From: Asterionella formosa | Taxonomy: Eukaryota | DNA: 55,625 bases | Direction: 5' to 3' | NCBI GenBank assembly: GCA_002256025.1 | Contig: NKIB01013557.1 | Location: 1-55,625, forward strand | Shown here: positions 23,525 through 35,594 of the stretch, piece by piece | Layout of the letters: the number at the start of each line of letters is the position of its first letter | Numbering within the stretch: the first letter of the stretch is position 1 | Position numbers and translations under genes: made by a program | The notes under the pieces: generated by a model | Told to the model about the DNA's origin: nothing | Database searches by the model: none | Seen by the model: the letters and a program-made list of their open reading frames with translations, nothing else

Positions 23525-25833
23525 CCCCCCCCCCCGCCCCATCAAGTATACGTACCAATCTCAGCTTGTTTGTACGAGACGTGTTATTGCATACTCAACA
23601 TCACCTACAGGTACCGGTACCAATGTCACCTTGCTTGTTTGTACGAGAAGAACGTGTGATTGTTGCGTACCAGATACCTGGTACCGGGTACCGTTACCGG
23701 TACCACTCCCTCATCTTAACCCTATCCCTGTGATTGACATGATTTAAATTCAAATCAATCGTATACGGTACGCACGCTTTCTTGCAAAAATATCAGTGCA
23801 ACATATATTCGGGACTGGTAACAGGTACCTGGTACCAGTAGGTATCCCAACGATGGACATGATTTAAATTCAAATCAAATGTCTACGTATGTTTTCTTCC
23901 GAAAATATCTGTACAACATTTCGGTTCCTGCTGTACAACAACAATAGATGAAACAAACTCACACAATATATACCAGTACCAGTGCTCACACAGAAGGAGT
24001 CTCGTACATGCATATCCATATATAGCTGAATATGGAAATATGCAAATCTATTCTCTACAATAAGAAGGTACGTATATGTACATATACCCATGTACGACTG
24101 TCCTAGTATTGCAACACGAATGATTCAAATTCAGTTGCTGATGGTTTGCAGCCAGTGATGGTAAAAATAAATACATACATGTATGAATATACATATGCTT
24201 GTAATATTCTCTCAGACGATAATTATAATTAATATTAGATGATAAATCGAATTGATATGATCATATGATCGCCATTATAAGATGCATCACACGAATTAGA
24301 TGTTTTCTATTTGCAGACCACCATGCTGACCACCTTGAGGACAATCCCTGCACCAGTGGCCACTCTTTCCACACTTGTGGCAGTTTACTTTGGTAGGGCC
24401 ACTGGGAGAAGCACTGGACATTTGAGAGGATTGTGTCAAAGTCAAGAACTCTGATTGAGCAACATGAGCACCAAAACTTGCTGGAGGTGCCTTGGAATCG
24501 CGAGCATGCTTGGCAGGTGGCCACTGTTTTTGATCATAGAGCTTGCAATACTGATCTTCAGCTTTTTGACAGATGGCCTTGTAGGTGAGGTTGTTCTTTA
24601 TCATGTTCTTGTCAGAAGCATCTTTCTCCATGCAGCCAATATCCAGTAGGGCTTCATCAACCAAGACTAACAGTCCACGTAAGGGGTAATAAAAGTTCTC
24701 ATCAAAAGAAAGCTTTTTAGCATGTCCGAAGTCAAGTTATGATCATACTGCCCAGTAGTAGTCAATTCCAAAGCATCAGCTCGAAAGTCGACAATAAGTT
24801 TGGCTAGATCTTCACCATCATGATACTTGATGTTCACTTTTAGGTCTTGAAAGCGTTCAATGGAAGTTGAACAAACCGTCTTGATTAACATCAACCAGAC
24901 AACTGGGAAAGGATCAGAGTCTTCAATCTTTTCAGTGATGGTGCGCTTCAACTGATCTGAGAGTGATGTAAGTAGGACTTGACGTGCTGACATGTTGTTG
25001 GCACAGTCATAGGAATCATAGAGCTTCAGTTGTTTTCCACACGTCTTCTTTGCAGAATTCACGGTGAATCTGGAATGCTCCTTAACAACATTCTTCATGC
25101 AGCTGGAATCTGCAGGATCTGGGATGTACTAAGCAATGGAGTCCATTCCTGTGTTCTGAAGGTGAAACCACACATCATGTGCGTTGAAAGGCTGCTGGAT
25201 CACCTTTCCTGTCAAACTTCGTGTTCAAACCACACATACGGAAGTTACAACCTTTCTGAGAGGCTTTAGCATACAATGGGGGCAACTGATTTGGTTATGT
25301 GAAGTCTGGGGACTCTTCATCATCAAGGCCAGACCAATCTGATTTGGGCTTTCCACCAGTCTACTAGGCTGCCCATTCCTTGTCCGTGAGAGGGGCAAGT
25401 CCACCAACCTTGGGAGGCTGTGGCTTAACAACGCTATCAGATGCTGCAGCAGGAATGGTGACTGAGGAGGAGGATGATGGCATGATGAGAGGGGGTCCAG
25501 ATGTTGCAGCAGGGACTGGTGGCAACAAAGGAGTAGGCCTGGGAGGCGGGGTAGTAGGAGGCCCTGTCGGCAATGTAGTTCCTGTTGACATTAAGTGGGT
25601 CACTTCTCAAATGTACTTCTTACAAAGGATGATGCAAAGTCAGCAAACTGATCAGGGATGTTCCTGCTCTTCTCCAGCTCAATCGATGGTATCAATAACT
25701 GTTCTTCTCATTCCTCAAGAATGAAATCAAGTGTGGTAGTACATTGATATGGTTGTGCAGGGTCTGCAGTTGTAAGCTTAGGCAAGCTGTGCTGAGAGCA
25801 GGATGCTCTGTTAAAGAAACCGGAAGTTTCTAA

Positions 25834-25844
25834 GGCTCATAACC
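25834..25844 (-). promoter_or_regulatory. Primer-binding site complementary to the anticodon arm of initiator tRNA-Met
   Basis: Minus strand reads GGTTATGAGCC about 230 bp upstream of gag. This is the same type as the half-tRNA PBS of Drosophila copia (GGTTATGGGCCC). Confidence 0.75.
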
Positions 25845-25928
25845 AGTTGTGTTATTCCTTCCCAAAGTGTAGGAAGCTAGCTTGGTGGACTGCTAGCTTC
25901 CTACACTTTGGGAAGGAATAACACAACT
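25845..25928. repeat. Perfect 37-bp inverted repeat with 10-nt loop
   Basis: AGTTGTGTTATTCCTTCCCAAAGTGTAGGAAGCTAGC (25845-25881), then TTGGTGGACT, then its exact reverse complement (25892-25928). Confidence 0.97.
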
Positions 25929-26585
25929 CTCATCATCCTCTCCAGTCCTCACTCTGATTCTTGCAACAATGACAAAGCAGCCATGTTGAGAGGAAAAAGT
26001 GTTTGTGATAAAATCTCAACAAGTCATCATATGTCTTCGATGAATCATCATCTACAGTGCACAGTATGTTCATATGCAATCTGTTAAGAGCTTGAAAAGA
26101 AATCCAATGAAAATGAAATGGCTTATCACACAAGACGAATATTTCCGGCCGGTCTGTCACCAGAGCATAGATCAGTGTTACAACCTCCATCATAGCAAAC
26201 CAACATCCATTATAGAACAGCACAAACAATCTACTTCTCTTTAACATTGTCTCTCTAACAAGAACTTAATGCATCTAGAATTGAAATGCAGCATAGCAGA
26301 TGATATGCACAAAGAAGCATGAGACTGTCTGTTTGTTATAGTAACAGAGTGATTCTGGTTTCGTAATTTTCATGTCTCATCAGATTTTCTTTGTCATCGT
26401 TCTAGTTCCTTACCTTTAAAGACAGGAGCGTATTCTTTGATGTATCTGGAATATTTCAATAGATGGGAGCAGTTGGATTTAGACACAAACCTCGACAAAA
26501 GCACTAGTACCTTGTAGATGTTCATGAAAAGCAAGACACTTTGGCCTATCGAACACCAGCCAGTCTATACTGCAAAAATGCAAGA

Positions 26586-29500
26586 AGCACAAGTTGAATG
26601 ACCATTTATGGACTCAAGTTTCAGTAGTGCAACAATGTAAAATAATAGAAACCGGAAGTCACATTTCATCTAATTACAGTTTTAATTAGCTATACTAGTA
26701 TTGATTGCGAGGAAGCAATGGTAGAATGGCTGCCAAACGGGTGGGGGCAAACACAGAGAACCCTACTAGTCCCTTCTTGAATGTCACTTGCTACAGAAAA
26801 TGGAGAACAGCTGCCATGATCTGTTGATTGTTGCTTGTTGTATGGTGCCACTGACCAGAACCTCCAGAAAGCTCAATGAGTTGCTTGTTTCTTGACTTGA
26901 ATGCAAAAGGGATCAAAACCAGTGGAAAAATCAAAAGGGAAATAAAAATGCTCTGCAAACATCAGGACAATTGTGAAAAAGAAACGAAGGTTCTTGGGAG
27001 GAGAAGTAAAGGGATGATTGCTTCTGGTCTTGCGGGAACAAGAATGGATTGACCCAAACAATGTTGACAAATAGGTACCTATGGGAAAAGGAAGCATTGC
27101 TTTTGGCATCATCAATCTATACACAAGCCTGCGCCACCTGACATCAATATAGCTACCTCAACTTCATCAATGAAGAAGTCGATGGGGGTGCTGGAGCATG
27201 TGGTGAGGAAAATTGGGGTTGAGGTTTTCTTGACGCCAACGTGCTTGGCTGAACTTGCAGATGAAGGCATTGAGTAACCTGGGCCAGTGAATCCAAAAGA
27301 TTTAGAAAAATCTATGACAAGGGTGGTGAGATAGTGTCTAGGAGCAAAAGTTATGATAGCTGAACACATTCGAAAATTCGTATAGACAATAAATGGAGGC
27401 ATACCATAGCTGCTCTTGGCTGCCAGTTGCCAAGTCAATGTACAAACACAACAAGCAAGGGTGCACAAAAAGACACTCCAATTTTAATCGACTGGCTGAT
27501 ACATAGTTTTGAGACTCACCATTCTGCAATGGGGTGGACTTTGATCATTTCTTCGTTCGAAGCACAATCAATTCGAACATGGATGACTCCTCCCTTTCAT
27601 TAGATATGCAGCCATGTTGCGATAATTCTACAGGGCCTATAGGATTGGTAGTCTGGTGGTCATCATTTCCGCATTGCATTTACCAGTAGGAGTCATGTAT
27701 GCATGCATGCTGCAATAAATCTTACAAGACATAAAAAATTTGGTAGCTGGGGGGGGGGGGGGGTTAGAGTGCAGGGGGGGGGTGGCGGGTTAGCAGGGGG
27801 GAAGGGCTGCATGCATGAGCGACTACTCCGGTATAAACTATGATCTTTAATCAATAAATTTTGATTCGTTTATTCTATACCTTTGATCATAACATATTGA
27901 TCATATGATAAATGGTGTTGTTGATGAGAATCGAATGTATAAGGTCAATATGTACATATACATAAATGTATGATTTAGACCATTTGAAAAATTGGTGATG
28001 ACTCCCATTTATTAAGGGGCTTAATTAAATCAGCCACCGACTTGTAGGTACAAGAATTGACACAAAACAAATTCAAAAAATTTAACAGGTCGTGGAAAAC
28101 TATGAACTCATCATGCATTGTATATATTTGAATTATGTATAATCAAAATTGATATTTGTCGACACAGGATGGTCCGTATGATTAGCGTGTTTAAAACTAT
28201 GCAAATGTTCAACTATATATACACATTAAAAATTCTTACAAATCTTTATATATATGTATTCATGGCTGAAACATTTGAAATCATGTTTTCATGTTCCTTG
28301 TCATGCATACACTTTGCTCCTGAAATTAAGGATCATCACACATGATGATGCAGAAAACAAAAGTGATAATACAGCACAATGATACTTGCAGCTTAGAAGA
28401 GAAGGGCAGACTCAATACATGGTAACAAGTCAAGAGCAATTGTCTTTCATGTTCCTTGTCATGCATACACTTCCTGAAATGAAGGATCTCAAGCAACACA
28501 TGATGCGAAAACTGAAGTGACGACACAGCACGATGATAAACCATGCTGCTAAGAATGAGTGAATATGATGGAGAAGGGTGGAATCAACAAGCTGTGCATT
28601 GAATCACGGTTTGTCAAGAGCAAATGCCAGGATGATCAATTGCTGGGATTAAAAAATCCGGAATGACTTGTCCCCTGCCTTTCAGTGATTCAATAGCTCC
28701 TTTTCGATTTGGTGGCTGGCCAACCATCAATGTGGACAAAAGAAGTCGGTAAGTGCTGTCATCTTTGGATCAATCCACAACTGTTAGAAAAACTGACACA
28801 TATGTGTTGCTTATTTTAGGATAATGGTAGACAAACAGTTTTTGTAAGTTAAAAACAACAGCAATGTTGTAGCCAATTTATTGATTGATACTTTCTTATT
28901 CAATCTTCAACTGACATGCACATTATTTTACAGAAATATGCATCAGTTAATTCCTCAATTTGTGGTAAGTGAAGATAGAAGTGAAATGCATGTTGTTATG
29001 TAAGCAAAACGTTAACAGCTAACAATGAATTGCTTCTCTTTGTTAGTATGGCTGATTGGAAGAACGAAACGGATTCAACAGTAATAGGAAAATGCGTGAA
29101 TGCAAACTCAGAACAAGACTCAGGAGTAAATGGAACAAAGCAGGGGAACAACGGCAAGGCAACCAGTACAACAACCTTTAGAATTGGATTGGGGGGAAGG
29201 TGGGAAGTGAAAGCTGAAGCACCAATCATTGCGATGAGAGAATTGTAGAAAATTCTGTAGCCACTCAAGATATAGAAACATAAAACCATTCTTTAGTATA
29301 GTTCTAAATTTCGATCAATTTCATCCTATTTTAGACAGGGATATCGATGAGAATTACGATCATGCTAAGATAGATGTATGACAAAAGTATATACATCATA
29401 TGATCATGTTTAACTAATTATATGATGCAATGGTATTATAACTATGATTGTATAATCATGCTTCAATGTCGGTAAAAGTTTACTGCATGATCAAAATTAT

Positions 29501-29613
29501 ATGATACATTGATATATTTTTGATCCAAAAACTATCATAAATGTAAAATTCCTGTGCCACTTAGCGTATGATACCCTTGATTCTATATTCATGATAGTTT
29601 ATATTTGCAGACG
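26586..29613 (-). mobile_element. Arm of a CGTCTG-family element; inverted, diverged copy of 52288-55625
   Basis: Ends TATTTGCAGACG at 29613. It is colinear in reverse complement with 52288-55625; for example ORFs 27112-27468 and 54713-55009 are homologous. The left limit is set only by the window edge of the other copy. Confidence 0.88.
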
Positions 29614-29792
29614 ATGCCTCCACGTCATTTATGGAAATCAATCGGGTACAAAGATACAAGAATTATAAAAATGATAATTATAGTATAGTTTCACATACTA
29701 GTTAGGTTATTAGGAGGTTTTCACAAAGTACAATGTCCTAAGGAATGATGAGATTGGATGATCCCAATGGTCCATTATTGGTTCTTTTTCAC

Positions 29793-31000
29793 TCACAAAG
29801 AACCAAAAATGGTCCTTCTCGTTTCGTCCGAAATTATTCTTCTCCACTTTTCAACTGCAGTTCGATATGATTCTGTAAACCTTTTCAAATTGATTCCAGA
29901 AGGGCTCTCATCAGTTACAAAATACTTATTCAACATTTTGTCAATTAATATGAGTCCAGAAATGTGGCCAAGACGTGCATGATTATACCATTTGAAGAGA
30001 GAAACGTTTTCATTCATTTGTTGAATCATGGATTTCACATTGAGATCATCATCCTTCTTGAAAGAAAAATTGCAAGTAAGACGTCCAAATGCTTCGTTCA
30101 AAATTTTCAAATCTAAATAGGAGCTCAAAATTTTGTCGATACAAAATTGAAGAACAGTTATTTCCAACTGAAACATATCCTCACAAGAATTTGTCATTGT
30201 CACTTGAGGCCAAACTGTTCCAAGATGAAAGTATGTTGACTTGGTTGGTGGGTCAGATGTAACAGATAACACATCGTTGTCTGCTCAATCTGTTGCTACG
30301 ACCTCAAGTTCTAAAACTTTCCAGGCCTCCGTCTCCAAACGGAACTGTGCCCGGTTGCCAAGAAATTTGGTTTTGCCATTCCTTTCTAGTTGCAATAGAG
30401 TTTCCAACACTTTCACAATTTTCAATGGTCCACACGACAATCCACTATCATCTTCTGGTTGAAATAAGATGGAATCATGTTCAGTGGCCATAATGATCTG
30501 CAATGGTGCCGTGCTTTGGTGCCAGTATTGAAAGATTCCGATAAACTAATTTCTTCAGGTGTATGGGATTCTTATGGAAGATATCCTGTATCGGTGCATA
30601 ACAATTCCAATTGTTTGGTGCATCCAGGAATGATGCAGTACTTGTGGGCAAGGTGTAATACTTGATCATAATGGTCATCCACACTTGCATCGCTCTTTTC
30701 CTGAATCACAGACTTGACATAATCCATCATTTATAGCAAAAAGATAATGCACAAAATGGTTGTTTTCCTCGCTCCTCATCTGATCTGTTGCAATAAACAA
30801 TTAGCACAGAGTAACTGTCATGATGAAAGGGATGACAATCACCTTGGTATATATACGGTTTGTTATTACCCTTTTCTGGGTTCTCATCCATATCAAATAC
30901 ATCCTTTACATCAGTTGGATGAAGTTCATAAAATATATAATGGATCATAGAGGTAATTGTTTCATGGTCCCAACATGCAAGATCTTTAAAATCTGAAGAT
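29793..31000 (-). pseudogene. Second, diverged Ulp1-like protease copy
   Basis: Motifs LACWDHETI, GDCHP, NNHFVHY, KYCIIPGC, FQPEDDSGLSCGPL, LQLERNGKTKF and LDLKILNEAFG are all matched in the 20030-22004 gene. Multiple frameshifts. Confidence 0.8.
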
Positions 31001-32174
31001 GATTTTTGATACCTTTGACTCTTCTTTTCCGAAAACATCAAGTTGTGTAGTGTAAGTGACGGAAGTAAGTCACGTTTCTTGTTTGACTGATCCTTTCCAT
31101 GAAATCCATGAAATTCTATTTGGAAAGTTGTCAAAGGGCCAGAAGACTTTGATGTAAAACAGTGGAAGGGTAACGTGGAGCTTTTGCGGCGCTTGTGGAG
31201 GTGCAACTGATGTGATGGTACCCGTTTGGAATAATTAAATATGCATGGTCAAAAGGGTTACTATTTAAATTACAAGGGCTTTTGTTAAAATTATTAGATG
31301 ATAAAACAAAAAATTATGATCAGATGATCATAATCACATGATGCATCATGGGAATATGATAGTTTTCATTTGCTGACTTTGTACAGATATTTTTGTAAGT
31401 AAAGATTTGTATGATTTGAATTTAAATCATGTCCATTGTTGGGATACCTACTACCAGTGCTGTATATACTATGTTGCATTGATTTTTTGTATGTAAATGT
31501 TCATACCATATACGATTGAGATTAAACCTGGTGTCTTGTACCCAATAAAATGTACAAAGCCACAACTGATTCTACTTGGAGGGGAGGACAAGACATTGGC
31601 CCTTTTGATCATTCAACATTATGAAAAACCAACTCCACCACTGCCTGAGCCTGTAGCATTCAGCTTGATAATTGCACCTCAAAAAATTAGCAACCTTCAT
31701 CTTCGAATGTTGAAATAGATCTCAGGCCAAGGATATTGTCATGTCATTTGGCATTGCTCGTGTTGGTGTAATTGTTGTTTCATAATGGTGACTGGCCCAA
31801 ACCCCAACCCCAACCTTCAACATTGAAATATCTCATGGTATTGCTTGCCGATCCATTGCAAAGTCCTGTAGACCTCTGAGGAAATCGACATCATTAAAAA
31901 TATATACTATAAGGGAGAGGATGTGAACCTTTTGTAGGCGGAATCAGAGCAACAATTAAATACCAGTAAATTCTATGAAATACCGGTCATTGAACAATTT
32001 TAATTATACCACTGTTATTTGGATGAATGAGGGGCCACGAGGTCCATGCAGCTAGCCATAGCTATAATTTTTTTTAGTCAAAACTATATTTTGTAGCTAT
32101 CTCTATTTTGATAAAATCTGGGCCTGCTCCTGCCACTACCGGTAACTATTTAAAATTGAAATAGTTCGTGGCAA

Positions 32175-32308
32175 TGAGCAAATTTTTTTAGCTGTGAGCA
32201 AATCTTTGAGGTACTGAGCAAATTTTTTTATCGACGAGCAATTCCTCTGAGCAATGAGCAAATGCTATGAGCGATGAGCAAACATTTCGGGTAGTGAGCA
32301 GAGCAAAT
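32175..32308. repeat. Array of seven (T/C)GAGCA(A) motifs at an exact 20-bp period with variable spacers
   Basis: GAGCA starts at 32176, 32196, 32216, 32236, 32256, 32276 and 32296. Confidence 0.9.
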
Positions 32309-32668
32309 TGAAGGATTTATTAAGGAGGGTATATAATTCAAATATATTTATGATAGGAAGCCAGCCGACTCCAAAGGTCGGTCGTAATTGCAAAGCCCTG
32401 CAGGCGCGATAAAACCAAAAAAGCGCGCAGTAGGCCCAATTACAGCACCTTCCACGAGGTTAGTCAACGTAGATAAAAGGCGATCTATCGACCTCTTAGG
32501 AAATCGACAACGTGAAAAAGATACCAAAAGGGAAGATGACAATTAAGTTGACTTGTACAGTTTTTCTTCACATTTCCAAAATTAAACTTCAGATCCTAGA
32601 ATTTCGGAAAGGTTGCTCACTCATCAAGTTGGAAGTATATGTTAAAGCCGATCCATTGCAAAGTTCAA

Positions 32669-33597
32669 ATGAATTTGATCCTTTCATGCGTTATCATCTT
32701 TGGTTGTGGCACTGCAGCTGAATGGAACGTACCAAGTCTCCTTCATGGCCTTCAGGACTCCAGTATTGCAGATAGGAACATCCTTCGTCACGACGGTGAT
32801 GCCGGTGTTATGTTTGCCACTATGACGAATTTGTCAATCCATAGTTTTCCGTCAAAAGACTCACCCAACACAGTTCCAACCCATAAAGCGGAGCATGACA
32901 AAGTGGAAGAAGACAAAAAAATTTGCATAACCAAACACAAGGAGTTACATCACTTACTAGTAACACGCAAGATGCATTTTCATCAGTGATAAAGCGAGTT
33001 GCATTAGACGTTGCGACAACAACAACCAGAGTACCCGTGACCCAAAGACCTACCTGGGCACCAGTGACAAAACGACCTACTTGGGCAGCAGAGACCAAAA
33101 GACCCACTGTGACAAGAACACAAACACCCACTGGGGCACCTGTGACACAGAGACCCACTGTGGTACCCACACAAACACCCACTGGGGCACCAGTGACACA
33201 TTCACCCACTGTGATACCAACACAATCACCCACTGTGATACCAACACAATCACCCACTGTGATACCAACACAATCACCCTCTGTGATACCAACACAACCA
33301 CCCACTGTGATACCAACACAACCACCCACTGGGGCACCAGTGACACAAACACCCACTGTGATACCCACACAATCCCCCACTGGGGCACCAGTGACACGTT
33401 GTGTAACTGGTGCACCAGTGACACAAACCACAGCAAGACCGATCACAGCAAGACCCACCAGAGATAGGGGAGGTATTCGTGCGACTAATTGTGTCACTGA
33501 GGCACCAGTGACACAAAGACCCACTGATGCACTAGTAACACAAAGACCAACTCGGGAACCAGTGTCACGACCCATATGGTTTACTAGACCTTTTTAA
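32669..33597 (+). pseudogene. Secreted mucin-like Pro/Thr-repeat protein with one frameshift
   Basis: Signal-peptide-like MNLILSCVIIFGCGTAA-EW, a frame change at the A-run near 32915-32921, then PTxAPVT and PTVIPTQS repeats (24-bp tandem unit near 33205-33330). The frameshift may be a homopolymer sequencing error. Confidence 0.65.
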
Positions 33598-34583
33598 AAT
33601 CAAATTCTCTGACCCTGACACAAAAACCTACCTAGGCACCAGTGAGACTAGCCCCAGTGATACCATCTACACTGTTTTTTGCTTGAATAAACAGTCTTGC
33701 AGTCGTCAGCTCCTCCAGCAGCATTGTTGGTGATGCTCATTTTGACTGCTTTGTAGTTTGTTTCACATGGGATTTCATACAAGAGCATTAATTTTTTTTT
33801 ACTCAATAGTTGTATTATTGTTTGTTGCCATTCCTCTTGCTTGATGCTTCACCAAAGGATGCTGCAAGCCTCACTTCAGTAGCAATGATATTCATTGGTT
33901 CCTGGATAGGCTGTGGCAAGGATATCCATTGGTCCTGGATAGTCTGTTGATGATATTATGTGAGTTAATTATAAAATTATACTGTAGTAAATGACAATAT
34001 AGTGAATGAATAAATATTTTCAGTATCACATACCATTGGTGATGCAATTGCCTGAAGATTAGCTGTGTCAGGATCAATGGTTATGCCAGAATGTTTCATA
34101 AATCATGAAGTCAGCATAGAAAGGATCCAGCAGGTTGGTTGTTGATGAAACACCATCATTGTTAACATAATCATCAATAGAACATTGGTCAATGGAACAT
34201 TGATGCATTGCCAATAGCAAAAATACGCTCAATATTCAATATCGTCAATTCAACGGAATGCCTTTCACCAAAAAAATTCTAACAACTGCCAAAACGGAAT
34301 TCCTTTGTGGTAGGAAACGGCGGTTTTTGGAAATGGAGAATCACTGCTGGGTTCGAATTCCTTGGGAAGAATACAATAAAATGCTTTTTTTTAAAGGAGA
34401 CCAGAGAGGAGGGGAGTCCGATAACTAACCTGACACGCTCAAAAGGAGATTGGAAGGTGTGTTTGTTAAAAAAAATAATTAGATTAAGTTGACATAGAAG
34501 AACAATTCTTAGATATGAGAGGTATAACAAATGAGACAAAATTAGTAGAATCAATAATTTTCAAAGAACTGACATGCGCATGA

Positions 34584-35070
34584 TTACCTGCATCTGATCA
34601 ATTGACATCCCATCATAGTCATGCAATATGCACGAGGGATAGAATACGGGAGCACCTTGGTACAATGGTCGGCTAAATTGTGAGCAGATGAGACCCGGGT
34701 AAATGGACTTTCCCACGATGGACATTTTCTTGCAAAGCCTGCTTTTTTGTAGCAATATGACTTCTGTAAATTTCGCGTTATTTTACCCGCATGCGCCATG
34801 ATTTCTTGTGCAAGAGATCGCATCATGATGAGGAATTGACATTTCTTTCATGTAAATGCGTAGCCACAAAACATGTTTAGATAAGGTGGTGGCTGCATCA
34901 AGTTCTACTTCAGAAGTATTGTATGCTCTTGTACTTTGTTTGCGGCACAGCCAATGTAATGACTGTAGAATCATTAATCATAATGAAACCAACAGAATAT
35001 GCGATTCAGTCGAACATGGCATCTCCAAAGTTTGCATCTGCATAGCCTTTGGTGCTAGGTGCTATTCCAA
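34584..35070 (-). pseudogene. Ty1/copia RNase H fragment (3' end of pol)
   Basis: Motifs GYADANFG; WLCRKQSTRAYNTSEVELDAA...VLWLR; RVSSAHNLADHCTKVLP, spread across frames. Confidence 0.85.
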
Positions 35071-35122
35071 GAAGAGGTTTGTTGATATTAGAAAAAAAAT
35101 GGGTGCCTACCAGGATTACCAA

Positions 35123-35218
35123 ATTTGGTCAACACAAACACAAATTTTGGGGTTATGGGTACAACGATTTGTGGTATAATACACATGATATAATAATTTT
35201 TATTATCAGAGCGCGCCC
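35123..35218 (-). mobile_element. Solo end of the GGGCGCGCTCT Harbinger-type family
   Basis: Reverse complement of about 22464-22560, ending AGAGCGCGCCC and followed by AGT. No partner end was found. Confidence 0.85.
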
Positions 35219-35594
35219 AGTAACACATTAAAATGTAATGATCCTGGAGCATTTTGATATTGAGCAAGTTTTTGTACAGATGATTGAATATCAAGCCTGG
35301 TCCATCGACATAGATGTTGAAATTGCCCCGACAACGTCCTATATTCAAAACCAATGGCTTTATGAAGTTCACTTGGAGAGTATGGTATACAACTAGCGAG
35401 TGCTTCTTCATATTGTACACCACTGGCTGAGCATAGGAATCATGCTGGTTTGTGAGAGATTTTGCTTCTCCCAGGAAGAACCATAAAAATATTGAAATAT
35501 TTCATGAACCACCATATGAGTTTGGTCAGTTGTCATACAATTGGAACTAAACAGGAATCTGAGAGCAAAAAATGAGAGACTTGCCCCATACTTG

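Larger units (their letters stand above)
15364..24319 (-). mobile_element. About 9 kb TIR DNA transposon carrying a Plavaka-like transposase and a Ulp1-like protease
   Basis: The ends CATCTGCAAATAGAA and TTCTATTTGCAGACC are inverted copies of the family terminus. The flanks are consecutive halves of one copia gag. It contains a 10-N gap and a nested MITE. Confidence 0.75.
24320..25928 (-). mobile_element. Ty1/copia (CoDi-like) 5' fragment: LTR stub, PBS, leader and gag through the zinc knuckle
   Basis: Pro-rich start, PPKVGG, YDSYDCANN, then CHKCGKSGHWCRDCP (CX2CX4HX4C). It continues into the 15363-13420 fragment. Confidence 0.9.

Noticed and set aside
26873..27468. ORFs shared with 54713-55243
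   Set aside because: The conservation is explained by the DNA-level duplication; the coding strand and function cannot be determined.
27749..27802. Poly-G runs with G-quadruplex potential
   Set aside because: They are not conserved in the paralogous copy near 54210-54250, and homopolymer lengths are unreliable.
32175..32308. CRISPR-like repeat-spacer pattern
   Set aside because: The repeat is only 6-7 bp and the spacers about 13 bp; there are no cas genes and the context is eukaryotic.
32820..33575. Long antisense and alternative-frame ORFs (Val/Gly/Cys-rich and His/Cys/Asp-rich)
   Set aside because: These are shadows of the stop-free Pro/Thr tandem repeat.
34393..34416. Polypurine-tract-like run
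   Set aside because: It is on the wrong strand for the adjacent minus-strand copia RNase H, and no TG...CA LTR pair was found.
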